Source: a virus (Duplodnaviria > Caudoviricetes). Taken from it: a DNA stretch of 64,000 nucleotides. Shown here piece by piece: positions 19,054 through 29,528 of this stretch. The notes beneath the pieces were generated by a model. The model was not told the DNA's origin, ran no database searches, and was given only the letters and a program-made list of their open reading frames with translations. Location of the stretch: IMG/VR virus record IMGVR_UViG_3300032219_000848, positions 38,178-102,177 of that record. The stretch is one strand, 5' to 3'. Position 1 is the stretch's first letter. Every line of letters begins with the position of its first letter. The translations under genes were made by a program, and so were the position numbers.

Positions 19054-21000
19054 ATGAAAAAAGTAAAATATTATTTCCCTGATATACAAGTAAGATGTAT
19101 TACTGAATATTGTAGAAAAGGTGAACTTGCTAAAATTACAGAATCAGCAGATAGTTACAAAACTGTTATTATTCAGTATTTAGACGGTGGTGAAGAGATA
19201 GCACGTATTGGTCATGATGATGAATATGATCTTGAGTTTGTACATGAAGAAGATGAGCTATTACAAGAAGCTATGGAGCGTTATAATGGAAAATCATTTA
19301 AATCATTAGCAGGTACAGATTTTGAGAACTTTAAACCAGTCAAGGCAAGATGGATTAATGTTAGTAAACATGATATACTTCTTGATAGTGAGAATGGAAG
19401 TACTGCACATGTCTATGAATTAGGTAAATGGGCTAACTCAGAACCATCATCATCTAAAGATGTATCTGATATTGAAATAGGCCAATTAGTTAGAATTAAG
19501 CCTATAGAAGATCGTCCATTAAATTCATATTGTAATGTAAAACCTACAAATGATAAAATCACTTTTCACAATGGTTGGCGACAAGATAGTGATAAAGATA
19601 TTGTAGTGATGGATGCATATTATGTAGAACATTTACAACAATGGTTTTATCAAGTATATCCTAATTCATGGTATTCATCAGATGCTATTGATATTGTTAC
19701 AAGTCCTCCGCCAAAAGCAGAAGATGATGCTACATTTCCTATAGAAGGGCAATGTAAAACTATTACGCCTGGATTATCAGAATATTTACGTAAGACTAGA
19801 ACACCAGAAGGAGACCAATCTTTAAAAGACCGTGCTAAGGCAGTGTGTTGGAATAATAAAGGATATTGGTTTGTATCTCGTAATTCATCTAAACAAGAGT
19901 ATTCTATTAATTATTTAGAAAGATTTTTCACACAAATTCCAAAACAAGAGAAGCCTATGCCTCCACAACAAGAGTTCGATTACACACCAAAAGGTGGATT
20001 TCAATTAACGCTTCCTCCTGAACTTGTATCAGCAGCATTGCAACAAGCTACAGAAAGTCATTTCAGAGAGTCTGAAAAGAAGTTTGAGAAGCATCGTGAA
20101 GATGTCACTGCATTAGTAGAGAAGAAAAAGCAGATGATTGAGACAGAATTATATGAAAAGGTTGAAAAGACTATTTCATGTGATTTTGTAGAGTTCAAGA
20201 CAAAAGTTATAGAAGACTACTTGACTTCTAAACAAATTATTATTGAGCTGGGACAAGAGAAGAAATATGAATTCTCTTTGGAAGACAAGCATGAGCAATT
20301 ACCAAAGATGGTAACATTTCTACAGTTGTTTAAGCAAGCTATGATTGTAGGTCCTTCAGGATCAGGTAAATCAACTATGGCTAAGCAAGCAGCTGAAGTG
20401 ATGGGATTACGCTATGGTGCATTCTCTTGTAATCTAGAAGCTTCTAAGTCAGAGTTGGTAGGTTTTGCTAACATTGACGGTTATGTAGAATCTTCATTCT
20501 TAGATTTCTATGAGAACGGTGGTGTATTTCTTGTAGACGAGTATGACTCTATGTCTCCATCTATTGCAGTTGTGTTAAATGCTGCATTCGACAGAACTGG
20601 TATGATTGCTGTACCAAACAGAAAAGGTAAAACTATAGCTAAGAAGCACAAAGATTTCTATTGTATTCTAGCAGGTAATACCTGGGGTTCTGGTTCTGTA
20701 GAATATCAAGGTCGCGAGATGCAAGATGCTGCGTTCTTAGATCGTTTCAAGATGTGTCGTATCTTCATTGATTATGATGAGAAGCTTGAGAAGAACATTG
20801 CTGGTAAACACCATAGTTTCTTCAAGAAAGTTCGTAACTATGTTACTAAGAAAGTGGATGGTGAGAACTTCTCAACTCGTTCTATGTATGATGCTGCAAT
20901 GCTATTGAATAATGGCTTTACACATGAAGATATTCTAAATATGATGTCTGAACATTGGGATGAAGCATTACGTAAGGATTTAGTTAACTCTGTAGTCTAA
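19054..21000 (+). CDS. MoxR/CbbQ/CobS-like AAA+ ATPase with long N-terminal extension
   Basis: GPSGSGKS Walker A, FLVDEYD Walker B, AGNT, DAAFLDRF, STRS. Confidence 0.8.
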   Translation: MKKVKYYFPDIQVRCITEYCRKGELAKITESADSYKTVIIQYLDGGEEIARIGHDDEYDLEFVHEEDELLQEAMERYNGKSFKSLAGTDFENFKPVKARWINVSKHDILLDSENGSTAHVYELGKWANSEPSSSKDVSDIEIGQLVRIKPIEDRPLNSYCNVKPTNDKITFHNGWRQDSDKDIVVMDAYYVEHLQQWFYQVYPNSWYSSDAIDIVTSPPPKAEDDATFPIEGQCKTITPGLSEYLRKTRTPEGDQSLKDRAKAVCWNNKGYWFVSRNSSKQEYSINYLERFFTQIPKQEKPMPPQQEFDYTPKGGFQLTLPPELVSAALQQATESHFRESEKKFEKHREDVTALVEKKKQMIETELYEKVEKTISCDFVEFKTKVIEDYLTSKQIIIELGQEKKYEFSLEDKHEQLPKMVTFLQLFKQAMIVGPSGSGKSTMAKQAAEVMGLRYGAFSCNLEASKSELVGFANIDGYVESSFLDFYENGGVFLVDEYDSMSPSIAVVLNAAFDRTGMIAVPNRKGKTIAKKHKDFYCILAGNTWGSGSVEYQGREMQDAAFLDRFKMCRIFIDYDEKLEKNIAGKHHSFFKKVRNYVTKKVDGENFSTRSMYDAAMLLNNGFTHEDILNMMSEHWDEALRKDLVNSVV

Positions 21001-21863
21001 TGCGTATAGTCAAAGAAGAGAAGAATATACTTCACATGTATTTTGATTCTGTAGATGATTTCTTTCAAAACAGTGATGCATCAGCTATTAAAGCAAAAGG
21101 TATAGACCATTTGCATCACTCTAATCAAGAACAAATTAAAGATATTTCAGAAGCAAAACAAAATAATTGGAGATATGCAGATGAGAGAAACAAAGATAAG
21201 TTTGAGAAGACTAGATTTGATCCTAGCAAAGGTAAAACAATGTGTGCAGAAGCTGTTAAATCAACTATGGCTGATAAAAGCTATAAGAAGTTAATGGCTA
21301 ACGCTATGACATATCGTAGAAAACCTAAGTTTCAGGATGTAGGATCTAGACTATCTATCCCACGAGCTATAGCTGGTGAAGATAAATACTTTGTTAGTCT
21401 TAAATCTGCAAGAAAACCAACAGTGAAGATTGCTATTAACATTTGTGGGAGTGCAAGTGTTAATGCTGAAGCGTTTGCTAAAGTGGCAAGAACTGCTATT
21501 CCAACTATTTATGCATTGGAACAAGCAGGTATTACCACTGAGGTGTACTATTGTGCATTTTCAAATGGTACACATCAAGGTTACAAATACAGTGAACTAG
21601 CTGTAAAAGTTAAATCAGCCCAACAAAGATTCTCTTGGACATTATTTGCTCCAATATTCTGTGTTGGTAGCTATAGAGATAACATCTTTACAGCCTGGAG
21701 TAACTGTGATGTAGAAACAGATTATGGTTTAGGTAGACCAATGGTTGAATCAGATATTAAAAAGCATAATAACTTTGGATATGATTCTGTAATTGGTTTA
21801 AATGCTGTAGGTCCTGTAGAAAATGTAGGCTCTATTTTCAATAAAATAAAGCTTAAAAAATAG
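21000..21863 (+). CDS. vWA/CobT-like partner of the AAA+ ATPase
   Basis: Coupled to the ATPase stop; LSIPRAIAG...VKIAINICGS...LEQAG pattern. Confidence 0.55.
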   Translation: MRIVKEEKNILHMYFDSVDDFFQNSDASAIKAKGIDHLHHSNQEQIKDISEAKQNNWRYADERNKDKFEKTRFDPSKGKTMCAEAVKSTMADKSYKKLMANAMTYRRKPKFQDVGSRLSIPRAIAGEDKYFVSLKSARKPTVKIAINICGSASVNAEAFAKVARTAIPTIYALEQAGITTEVYYCAFSNGTHQGYKYSELAVKVKSAQQRFSWTLFAPIFCVGSYRDNIFTAWSNCDVETDYGLGRPMVESDIKKHNNFGYDSVIGLNAVGPVENVGSIFNKIKLKK

Positions 21864-21883
21864 GTTAAAAGGTTGAATTGGTT

Positions 21884-21920
21884 AGAGCTCTTGGATTTTA
21901 TCCTTGAGCTCTTTTATTTT
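21884..21920 (+). terminator. Intrinsic terminator
   Basis: AGAGCTC..GAGCTCT-TTTATTTTT. Confidence 0.55.
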
Positions 21921-21941
21921 TCACAGTTTAAATAATAAAAA

Positions 21942-22289
21942 ATGAAAATTATTATTGAGAAATCAGGAAGATCATTCTTCATTCATGCTATTCATTGGGT
22001 AGTCTTTTGTTTGTATATATGTCAACTATTTATTTACGATAGTACAGTGAGTAATATAGAAGATTATGTACTTGCTATAAGTTGTGCACTTTGGGTGGGT
22101 ATTGCTTATGTGCGTTTTATACAATTAACAAGTGCTGAGTATAAATTAGATTTGTTAGAAAATAAAATGGCAAAAGAAATTGTTAATGGATTTGAAAAAT
22201 TCATAGAAGACAATAAGGATAAACTTATTCAAGATATTAAAAACAAAAAAGACATTAAAATCAAAAACAAAGATGAAAGAGCAAATTGA
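21942..22289 (+). CDS. Membrane protein
   Basis: Two TM segments then coiled coil. Confidence 0.6.
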   Translation: MKIIIEKSGRSFFIHAIHWVVFCLYICQLFIYDSTVSNIEDYVLAISCALWVGIAYVRFIQLTSAEYKLDLLENKMAKEIVNGFEKFIEDNKDKLIQDIKNKKDIKIKNKDERAN

Positions 22290-22656
22290 TTCATTGACTA
22301 GTCTAGCTATACATGCTAGAGATTATGTAAAACGTACAGGTATTGAGCCTATTGACAAGTATATTGTCTTTGCTAATGATCTTGTAGCGTATTGTACAGA
22401 GGATTATGGTTTCTTTACTTTGACTTACACTCCTGATGTAAAATTGACCACTCACACAATGTATCATGATAAGAAAGAGCGTAGTTCAATTACTTTTAAT
22501 TCTGATGCTACAGCTGAAGACTTAGAAGCTATTTATGCTAGAGCATTTGAAAGTATATTTCAGTTTGAACAAAATAGTACTGAAATGCTAGAAAAGAGAA
22601 GGCTTAAAGAGATTACAGAGTTAGAATCTAAATTGGCAAAATTAAAAGAATTATAA
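22273..22656 (+). CDS. Hypothetical protein
   Basis: Overlapping operon packing. Confidence 0.65.
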   Translation: MKEQIDSLTSLAIHARDYVKRTGIEPIDKYIVFANDLVAYCTEDYGFFTLTYTPDVKLTTHTMYHDKKERSSITFNSDATAEDLEAIYARAFESIFQFEQNSTEMLEKRRLKEITELESKLAKLKEL

Positions 22657-22657
22657 T

Positions 22658-23173
22658 ATGGGATATCAACCTGTAAAATTAATCTACAACTCATACATCC
22701 CAGATCAGTTAGAACCTGGGATGTTATTTGCTGTAAGTGTTACAATTAATGAGAATTCTTATTTGCATGTACATAAGCTTGAAAAGCTTCCACGAAATAT
22801 TGAGAAATATATTCAAGAGAACGGATACCCAGTCAAACCATATTTAATCAGAGCTATAGATTCTAATCCTGATAAAGCACCAGAACAAGTAGCATATCCA
22901 GATCAAATTGCATATTGTGAACAAGATGGTTTATTGTATGATTTTACAATAGATGACATGAACTATGTTAGTATGGAAGATGAAGGATATGTTGGATTGT
23001 ACTTTGATGATGAAACAGATAAACCTACATTAGAAGATGGTCGTGTTATTGTAACATCAATGGACAATCTATGGAATGCAGAAGATGATGAATTTGAAAA
23101 TCATGATTTGTTTCAAGATTATAATGATGATGAATGGGATGTTACATTAATGGATGGTTTAGAAAATTTATAA
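22658..23173 (+). CDS. Hypothetical protein with acidic C-terminus
   Basis: Operon packing. Confidence 0.65.
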   Translation: MGYQPVKLIYNSYIPDQLEPGMLFAVSVTINENSYLHVHKLEKLPRNIEKYIQENGYPVKPYLIRAIDSNPDKAPEQVAYPDQIAYCEQDGLLYDFTIDDMNYVSMEDEGYVGLYFDDETDKPTLEDGRVIVTSMDNLWNAEDDEFENHDLFQDYNDDEWDVTLMDGLENL

Positions 23174-23712
23174 TGTTAAAACGTACATACACAAACGCTG
23201 CTCAAAAGAAAGCAGTGAGAGAGTTCCTTATAGGACACTTTAAGTTTAAGAATATAGTCGGATTAGCTGGACCAGATATCAATGAATACATTGATTGGTG
23301 TAAAGCTAAAGGTTATGATGAATTTGAGATATTTGAAGCAGATCCCTCTACAATGGTGTCACAACTCGCAAAACTAAATCAGAAAGTGAGAATGACATTT
23401 ACGTATGGAGATATTTTAAAAGCAGATTCATCAAAAAGTGAAACATTGTATGATCTTGATTTCTGTGCTAGTGTTCGTTATTTAAAAAAACACATAGCCA
23501 AATTCAAAGAGCATTTTATTATGACGTTTAGCACAAGAGTAGGTATTCAGGAAACTATAGATACTTTCTTTGCTGCAAGAAATGAGAAAATAATAAAATC
23601 AGAGGAAGTGGTCAGTCCTCTACAACATACAGTGTTTACAACTGAACAAGGTAATTATTTATTCATCAAGTATTGTGATACATCAGCGATGTGTTGCTTT
23701 GCTAAAATTTAA
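23173..23712 (+). CDS. Rossmann/SAM-methyltransferase-like hypothetical protein
   Basis: Start at TAATG overlap 23173; IVGLAGPD, IFEAD, YGDI, YDLDFC pattern. Confidence 0.4.
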   Translation: MLKRTYTNAAQKKAVREFLIGHFKFKNIVGLAGPDINEYIDWCKAKGYDEFEIFEADPSTMVSQLAKLNQKVRMTFTYGDILKADSSKSETLYDLDFCASVRYLKKHIAKFKEHFIMTFSTRVGIQETIDTFFAARNEKIIKSEEVVSPLQHTVFTTEQGNYLFIKYCDTSAMCCFAKI

Positions 23713-23718
23713 AAAATT

Positions 23719-24099
23719 ATGGAAAAGAAAGTAAGATTAAAAACATCAAAGTTCTTTTATACAGAAGAACAAGTTCAACAGTTACAAGATGCTATTAATA
23801 GCACGGAATTTAAAACTGATTATGAAATTGCACGTACTTATTCAGAGAAGTTTGGCAAAACTCCAAATGCAGTTTTTAATAAACTATGCTCAATACGTGG
23901 TAAAAATGTTAGAGGCAAGATTAAAGTAATTGCTAAAACTACTAAACTTAAAGCTATTACTAAAGTAAAAAAGGCTAAATTAGCTAAAATTGAAATCATT
24001 AAAGAAGTTAAACCTCTTACATTACCAGAAGGTATGACATACCAAGGTGTAGCTAAGACAGTAGAACTTCATTCTGATCATTTCCGAGTATATTTTTAA
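23719..24099 (+). CDS. Basic HTH-like protein
   Basis: YTEEQ...IARTYSEKFGKTPNAVFNKL; Lys-rich linker. Confidence 0.5.
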   Translation: MEKKVRLKTSKFFYTEEQVQQLQDAINSTEFKTDYEIARTYSEKFGKTPNAVFNKLCSIRGKNVRGKIKVIAKTTKLKAITKVKKAKLAKIEIIKEVKPLTLPEGMTYQGVAKTVELHSDHFRVYF

Positions 24100-24119
24100 T
24101 ATTTAAACAAAAAAAAGTT

Positions 24120-24338
24120 ATGTCTATTAAAACACGCGTAGGTAGTCTTGTTAAAGTAATTAATCAAGCTAAAAAGAAAAATGCTGCTGATACATATCAT
24201 TCAGTGTTATTGAAAGAAGATGGTCGTATTCTTTCATATTTATTTACAAGTATAGAGCTAGAAGTAGCTAAATCTCGTGCTCGTAAGAATGTTGAAGATT
24301 CAGTTGAGCAGAGTTTCATTTCTAAAATTATAGATTAA
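24120..24338 (+). CDS. Hypothetical protein
   Basis: ORF. Confidence 0.6.
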   Translation: MSIKTRVGSLVKVINQAKKKNAADTYHSVLLKEDGRILSYLFTSIELEVAKSRARKNVEDSVEQSFISKIID

Positions 24339-24345
24339 AATCATG

Positions 24346-24376
24346 AGCACTACAGGAGAACAACTCCTGTAGTGCT
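24346..24376 (+). promoter_or_regulatory. Perfect 13-bp hairpin (terminator or processing site)
   Basis: AGCACTACAGGAG-AACAA-CTCCTGTAGTGCT. Confidence 0.55.
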
Positions 24377-24394
24377 TATTAAATCAAATAGAAT

Positions 24395-24667
24395 ATGTCT
24401 ACAGCTAAAGGAACAAGTTATGTAACATACTATCATCCAGAGAATGATGAGTTATGGTGTGAGTTAGAAGTTGTGTGGCAACACACTAGTGAACCAGCAG
24501 TTATGTATTATCGTGATGGATCAGGTTATCCTGGTGATGAATCATCTGAAATTATAGAGTTAAAAATGATATCATATTGTGATGAACCTATTCAAAACAT
24601 GTCTATACCTCATTGGATAAACTGGGATGATGTAATGGAACAATTAAATCCCGAAAACTTATATTAA
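24395..24667 (+). CDS. Hypothetical protein
   Basis: YRDGSGYPG motif seen in phage small proteins. Confidence 0.6.
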   Translation: MSTAKGTSYVTYYHPENDELWCELEVVWQHTSEPAVMYYRDGSGYPGDESSEIIELKMISYCDEPIQNMSIPHWINWDDVMEQLNPENLY

Positions 24668-24668
24668 T

Positions 24669-24827
24669 ATGTCAGAAATAGAAAAAGCTAAAGAGCTAAT
24701 GAATAGATTTGGAGATCTTGCTTATGACGCAGCACAACTTGCAGAAGATCAGTATGATGAACAGGAAAATCCTGCTCAGTTTATGTTTTGGTTTAGAGTT
24801 AAAATCTACATTGGTGCACGAACATGA
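24669..24827 (+). CDS. 52-aa hypothetical protein (not in ORF track)
   Basis: 1-nt gap after the previous stop; ATGA overlap with next ORF 24824-24985. Confidence 0.5.
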   Translation: MSEIEKAKELMNRFGDLAYDAAQLAEDQYDEQENPAQFMFWFRVKIYIGART

Positions 24828-25485
24828 AAGAAAGTAAAATCAATATACAATCAGCCTTTGAGCATATAGACAAAGAGTTGAAAAAAGAATATCTTCGTGA
24901 TAAACAAAGATATTTAGACAAATGGAAGTTGCAGTCTATTAAGACTGGTACAACTAGAACATCATTACAATCATGGGAATGTTAATTATTATCCTTCCTC
25001 ATCTCTAGGTTTATGGCCTAGAGATGGGTTGTAAATGCATGAACAAAATATTTGGAAAAAATGAGAAATAAATTAGAAATGTACATAGAAGATAAGTTAT
25101 TTAGAATCATTCTAATGATTGCAAAAATTGCTATCTGGTTTGTAGAAGAAAAAACAAAAAATATGAGAAGAAAAATAATTTATATAATTGTATTAATATT
25201 ACTTTGCTATGTTTATTTTTGTACAATTAAAACCAAAGTGACAGAGAAAAAACATATAGTTGTTAAAGAGTTTGGTATTGTTACACAAGAGGACATTTAT
25301 GTGGATAACATGGAAAAGGGTAGATACACAAGTCATGGTAGGTTAATTCTAAATGAACAAGACAATGACTGAAGATGAATTATATAGTGCTATTGAAACA
25401 GCTATTATACGTTGGCGTATTGATGGTACTAAAACAGCAGGTGAATTAACAAGAGAGATTATGTTAATAATTAAACAACAAGAAA

Positions 25486-25647
25486 ATGGAATTATATAAC
25501 TACGTATTTCACTACAATCATCATGAAGAATTGTGGTGGGCTATTCCAAGAGAATCTTATCTTGATTATTGGAATGGGGATAAATATGAATGCTTATTTG
25601 CATTATCAATGAAAGATTTGATAGAAATAATAAAAGATGGAGAATAA
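25486..25647 (+). CDS. 53-aa hypothetical protein (not in ORF track)
   Basis: MELYNYVFHYNHHEELWWAIPRESYLDYWNG; overlaps polB start. Confidence 0.5.
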   Translation: MELYNYVFHYNHHEELWWAIPRESYLDYWNGDKYECLFALSMKDLIEIIKDGE

Positions 25648-27598
25648 CTTACAGGTTTTATGCTTTGACATCGAGACAATGCAAGAGTTGTTTCTCATTA
25701 ACATACTCGATCCAGAATTACATGAACAACATGAATTCATGGTGAGTAGATGGCACAACAATCTTGATGCAATGGTTAAGTTTATTGATGACCATAAAGA
25801 TTATTACTTTGTAGGCTATAACAATTTACGATTTGATGCTCAAGTTGTAGAATGGATCTTACGTAACTATCAGAATTGGCACGAGAAAGACAATCTAGAG
25901 ATTGCTGCTATGATTGCCCAGAAAGCTGCTGATGTCATCCATGATGCAAACTTTGAGGTATTTCCTGAATACAGAGAACAAGATTTATCATTCAAACAGA
26001 TAGACTTATTCAAGGTTGCACACTACGATAATAAAAATCGTATGGTTAGTCTAAAAAGACTAGAGTTTGAGATGGATCTTGAGAACATCGAAGAGATGCC
26101 TATTCACCATACAAAAGTGGATATGACACAAGAAGAAATTAAAATAACTCGTGACTATTGCAAGAATGACGTGTATGCCACTTATGAATTTTACAAAGTA
26201 CTAAGAGGTAACACTACGCATCCATTATACGAAGATCAAGATCAAATACAATTAAGATTTGATATTCAAGAAGAATTTAATATTCCTTGTCTTAATTATT
26301 CTGATTCTAAAATTGGTGATGAGATGATTAAGAAGTATTATTGCAAAGAAAAGAAAATACAATACGCAAACTTACCTAAGAAAGGTTTCTTTAGAAAAGA
26401 AATTAAGGTGAAGAATTGTATTGCAACATATGTTACATTTAAAACTACACAGCTACAAACATTTCTAAAGAAAATGAAGGGAACAACCCTTGGGCTGCAA
26501 GATGATTTTAAAGAACATATAGATTTCTATGGTAATATATATTCGTTTATGAAAGGTGGTTTACACACTGAGAATAAACCAGAAATATTTGAAGCAAATG
26601 AAGAATACGAAATCATTGATTGGGATGTGTCTAGTTATTATCCTGCTATTATTATCAATAATGGCAGGTATCCTCAACATCTTGGGAAAGAGTTTCTTGA
26701 GGGTTATAAACAAATGTTTAATAAGCGTTTGGAACTTAAGCCACAATCAAAGAAGGATAAAAAGATAGCAGGAATTGTAGGAGCGTTAAAATTAGCTGTA
26801 AACTCTGTATATGGTAAATCTTCTGATATGCAGAACTGGATCTATGATAGACAACTTACTATGTTTACTACTATCACTGGTGAGTTATCTTTAATGATGC
26901 TTATAGAAGCGTATGAACTAGCAGATATACATGTTATATCAGCTAATACAGATGGTGTAACAATTAGAATTAAGAAAACTCATCTTGATAAGATGAATGA
27001 AATCAATCAATGGTGGCAAAACTTAACACAATATGAACTGGAAAGAACAGACTACACAAAGATTATCTTCTCAACGGTTAATGACTATATTGCAATTAAA
27101 CCGAACGGAGAAGTCAAGAAAAAGGGTGATTTTCTCACTGATTTTGAGTTGCATAAGAATAAGTCTGCTAGGGTTGTCCCTTTGGCTCTTGAACAATACT
27201 TCATCAATGGCACTCCTGTCAATGATTTTATTATGGAGCATAGAAACATTTATGACTTTGCAATGCGTCAGAGAGCTAATAAGGATTTTCACTTTGAGGG
27301 CAAATCTGAATCAGGAACTACGATCTACAATAAGCTTATTAGATTTTATGTCTCAAACACAGGAGAAAAACTCTTAAAAGTTAAGAATCTAGACTCTACG
27401 TCTGGAGCTGCACCAATATCACAAGTGGAAGCAGGTGAATGGGTGATGACTGTATGTAATCACCTAACAAAAGATCATCCTCTAGATAATATTAATCATT
27501 CTTATTATATAGAGAGAGCAGAAAGAATTATTAACAAGATTGATTATAATGGTAAGAAAAGACCTGTAATCATCGCAAACCAACTAACGTTATGGTAG
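25637..27598 (+). CDS. polB: DNA polymerase family B
   Basis: Exo I DIET, Exo II GYNNLRFD, Exo III YCKND, motif A DWDVSSYYP, motif B KLAVNSVYGK, motif C NTDG. Confidence 0.92.
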   Translation: MENNLQVLCFDIETMQELFLINILDPELHEQHEFMVSRWHNNLDAMVKFIDDHKDYYFVGYNNLRFDAQVVEWILRNYQNWHEKDNLEIAAMIAQKAADVIHDANFEVFPEYREQDLSFKQIDLFKVAHYDNKNRMVSLKRLEFEMDLENIEEMPIHHTKVDMTQEEIKITRDYCKNDVYATYEFYKVLRGNTTHPLYEDQDQIQLRFDIQEEFNIPCLNYSDSKIGDEMIKKYYCKEKKIQYANLPKKGFFRKEIKVKNCIATYVTFKTTQLQTFLKKMKGTTLGLQDDFKEHIDFYGNIYSFMKGGLHTENKPEIFEANEEYEIIDWDVSSYYPAIIINNGRYPQHLGKEFLEGYKQMFNKRLELKPQSKKDKKIAGIVGALKLAVNSVYGKSSDMQNWIYDRQLTMFTTITGELSLMMLIEAYELADIHVISANTDGVTIRIKKTHLDKMNEINQWWQNLTQYELERTDYTKIIFSTVNDYIAIKPNGEVKKKGDFLTDFELHKNKSARVVPLALEQYFINGTPVNDFIMEHRNIYDFAMRQRANKDFHFEGKSESGTTIYNKLIRFYVSNTGEKLLKVKNLDSTSGAAPISQVEAGEWVMTVCNHLTKDHPLDNINHSYYIERAERIINKIDYNGKKRPVIIANQLTLW

Positions 27599-27939
27599 AA
27601 AAAACAATCACAATGTCAATGTATGAGTATAAAATGCTATCATTAGATGCTGAAATAGCTAGAGAAGCATATAATCAGCTCAAAGAAGAAAAGATGGTTT
27701 TTCTTACTGTAGGAACACGTGCTATGGACATTAGTCAAATGAGTGGTCAAATAGTTGATAAAGACGAATTGCTTAGTAAGATGCAAAAACATTTATCTTT
27801 AATGAAAAAACGAGGTGAAGAACGTGAAACTAGTTATATACAACGTATTTTAGACTTAGAGAAACAATTATCTATAATACAAGCACCTGTAGAAGCTACA
27901 AAAGCTGTCACTAAATGGTGGCATAAACTAATAAAATAA
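27592..27939 (+). CDS. Hypothetical protein
   Basis: Overlaps polB end. Confidence 0.6.
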   Translation: MVEKTITMSMYEYKMLSLDAEIAREAYNQLKEEKMVFLTVGTRAMDISQMSGQIVDKDELLSKMQKHLSLMKKRGEERETSYIQRILDLEKQLSIIQAPVEATKAVTKWWHKLIK

Positions 27940-27940
27940 T

Positions 27941-28357
27941 ATGGCAGGAACAGAGAAACAAAGAGAAGAGATCAACAGGAAGTTGGTCTCTATGCAAATG
28001 GAAATCATAGGGCTATCTTATGAGGACGCAATGAATACACCAGAGTTCTGGAGAGTGTATACATTGACTACAGAACAAATAGAAGCATGGCGTAAAGATG
28101 CTCTTAAACTTATACAGAAAACATTCAAGTGTAATAAGAAAAGAGCTGAAATGACATTAGGTATGTTTGAGCTTAATTTAGGACTGCGTGAATACAATCC
28201 TCCTATAGTTGAAGAAGAATATTTTTGGGATGTTAATAAAAGATTTGATACAACACACATCCGTACAACTATTCCTCCTGAAGCACAATTACTTAAAGAT
28301 CAACAGCCTACATTTTGGCAAAAGATTAAAAAGTTTTTTGTAGGATATTACGAATAA
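27941..28357 (+). CDS. Hypothetical protein
   Basis: Operon packing. Confidence 0.6.
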   Translation: MAGTEKQREEINRKLVSMQMEIIGLSYEDAMNTPEFWRVYTLTTEQIEAWRKDALKLIQKTFKCNKKRAEMTLGMFELNLGLREYNPPIVEEEYFWDVNKRFDTTHIRTTIPPEAQLLKDQQPTFWQKIKKFFVGYYE

Positions 28358-28415
28358 TATATTTAATTTTACATTAAACTAACGCGGGAACAGGTAAATC
28401 TGAACAGATGTATTT

Positions 28416-28613
28416 ATGGGTAACTTTGTAAAATTAACAACACAAAATGAAGATGGATCTTACACAAGAACGTGGATAGATCAAGATTCAATTTTAGAAT
28501 TATCTCAGAATGGAGCAACACAAGCTGGGAATAATGCAGGTACTTGTGTATTTGTAGATGAAACAACTATTGAGTTATGTCAATTTAATGAAACTATTGA
28601 TATGTTATCTTAA
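28416..28613 (+). CDS. Small beta-rich hypothetical protein
   Basis: Own leader motif and downstream hairpin 28637-28663. Confidence 0.55.
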   Translation: MGNFVKLTTQNEDGSYTRTWIDQDSILELSQNGATQAGNNAGTCVFVDETTIELCQFNETIDMLS

Positions 28614-28683
28614 TTAGAAGTTAAAAATTTTATTATAAAGCCTCAAAGAAATTTGGGGCTTTTTACATTTTAAACAACACACA

Positions 28684-29412
28684 ATGAAAACATTAGTGCT
28701 AGGAGATACACATGGTCGTCCGTATTGGAAAGAGATTGTAGCAAAAGAAAACGCTGATAGGGTGATATTTATTGGAGACTATTTTGATTCTTACAATGAT
28801 TATACAGCTGTTGAGCAGATGGATAACTTTAAACAGATTGTAGAATACAAACAATCAGGTAAAGCTGAAGTGATAATGTTAATTGGTAATCATGACTATC
28901 ATTATATGCAAGGTGTATCTGAACGTTATTCAGGATATCAAGCTGGTGCTGCATTTGCTATACAACACTTACTAGAAGATACTAAAGAACATCTACAGAT
29001 GTGTTATAGATTAGGTGATTATTTATTTACTCATGCTGGTGTTAGCCATGATTGGTTACTATTACATTCACGTGAATATAGAAAAGATGAGAACGTTGAT
29101 GTTTCAGAAATTGTAAATGATTTATTTAAATATAAACCTTATTCATTTTGTTTTGCAGGACTTGAACCACATGGTAATAGTAGTTTAGCATCACCAATTT
29201 GGATTCGTCCACAAGCATTACAAGCTACAAACCGTGATACATTGCGTGATAAATATATTCAAGTGGTGGGACATACACAAGTTAACAAAATAGATGTAGA
29301 AGGTAAAGCTACAGGTGGTAGATATCATTATATTGATACATTAGGTACATCAGGAGAATATATGATTATAGAAGATGATAAACTAATATTTCCAACACAT
29401 AAACAAGAATAA
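28684..29412 (+). CDS. Calcineurin-like metallophosphoesterase
   Basis: GDTHG, GDYFD, GNHD, HAG, GHT motifs. Confidence 0.9.
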   Translation: MKTLVLGDTHGRPYWKEIVAKENADRVIFIGDYFDSYNDYTAVEQMDNFKQIVEYKQSGKAEVIMLIGNHDYHYMQGVSERYSGYQAGAAFAIQHLLEDTKEHLQMCYRLGDYLFTHAGVSHDWLLLHSREYRKDENVDVSEIVNDLFKYKPYSFCFAGLEPHGNSSLASPIWIRPQALQATNRDTLRDKYIQVVGHTQVNKIDVEGKATGGRYHYIDTLGTSGEYMIIEDDKLIFPTHKQE

Positions 29413-29528
29413 TATGGAAGATTATGAACACAGTTTAGCTAAGGATTTCGTATATTTATTAGCTGATGAAATGCTAGATGAGCATCTACCAAGAATAGAA
29501 GTTATAGACAAAGATAAAGTATTTAAAG

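Noticed and set aside
26556-27377. Short ORFs inside polB
   Set aside because: Out-of-frame or antisense shadows with no leader; polB is uninterrupted
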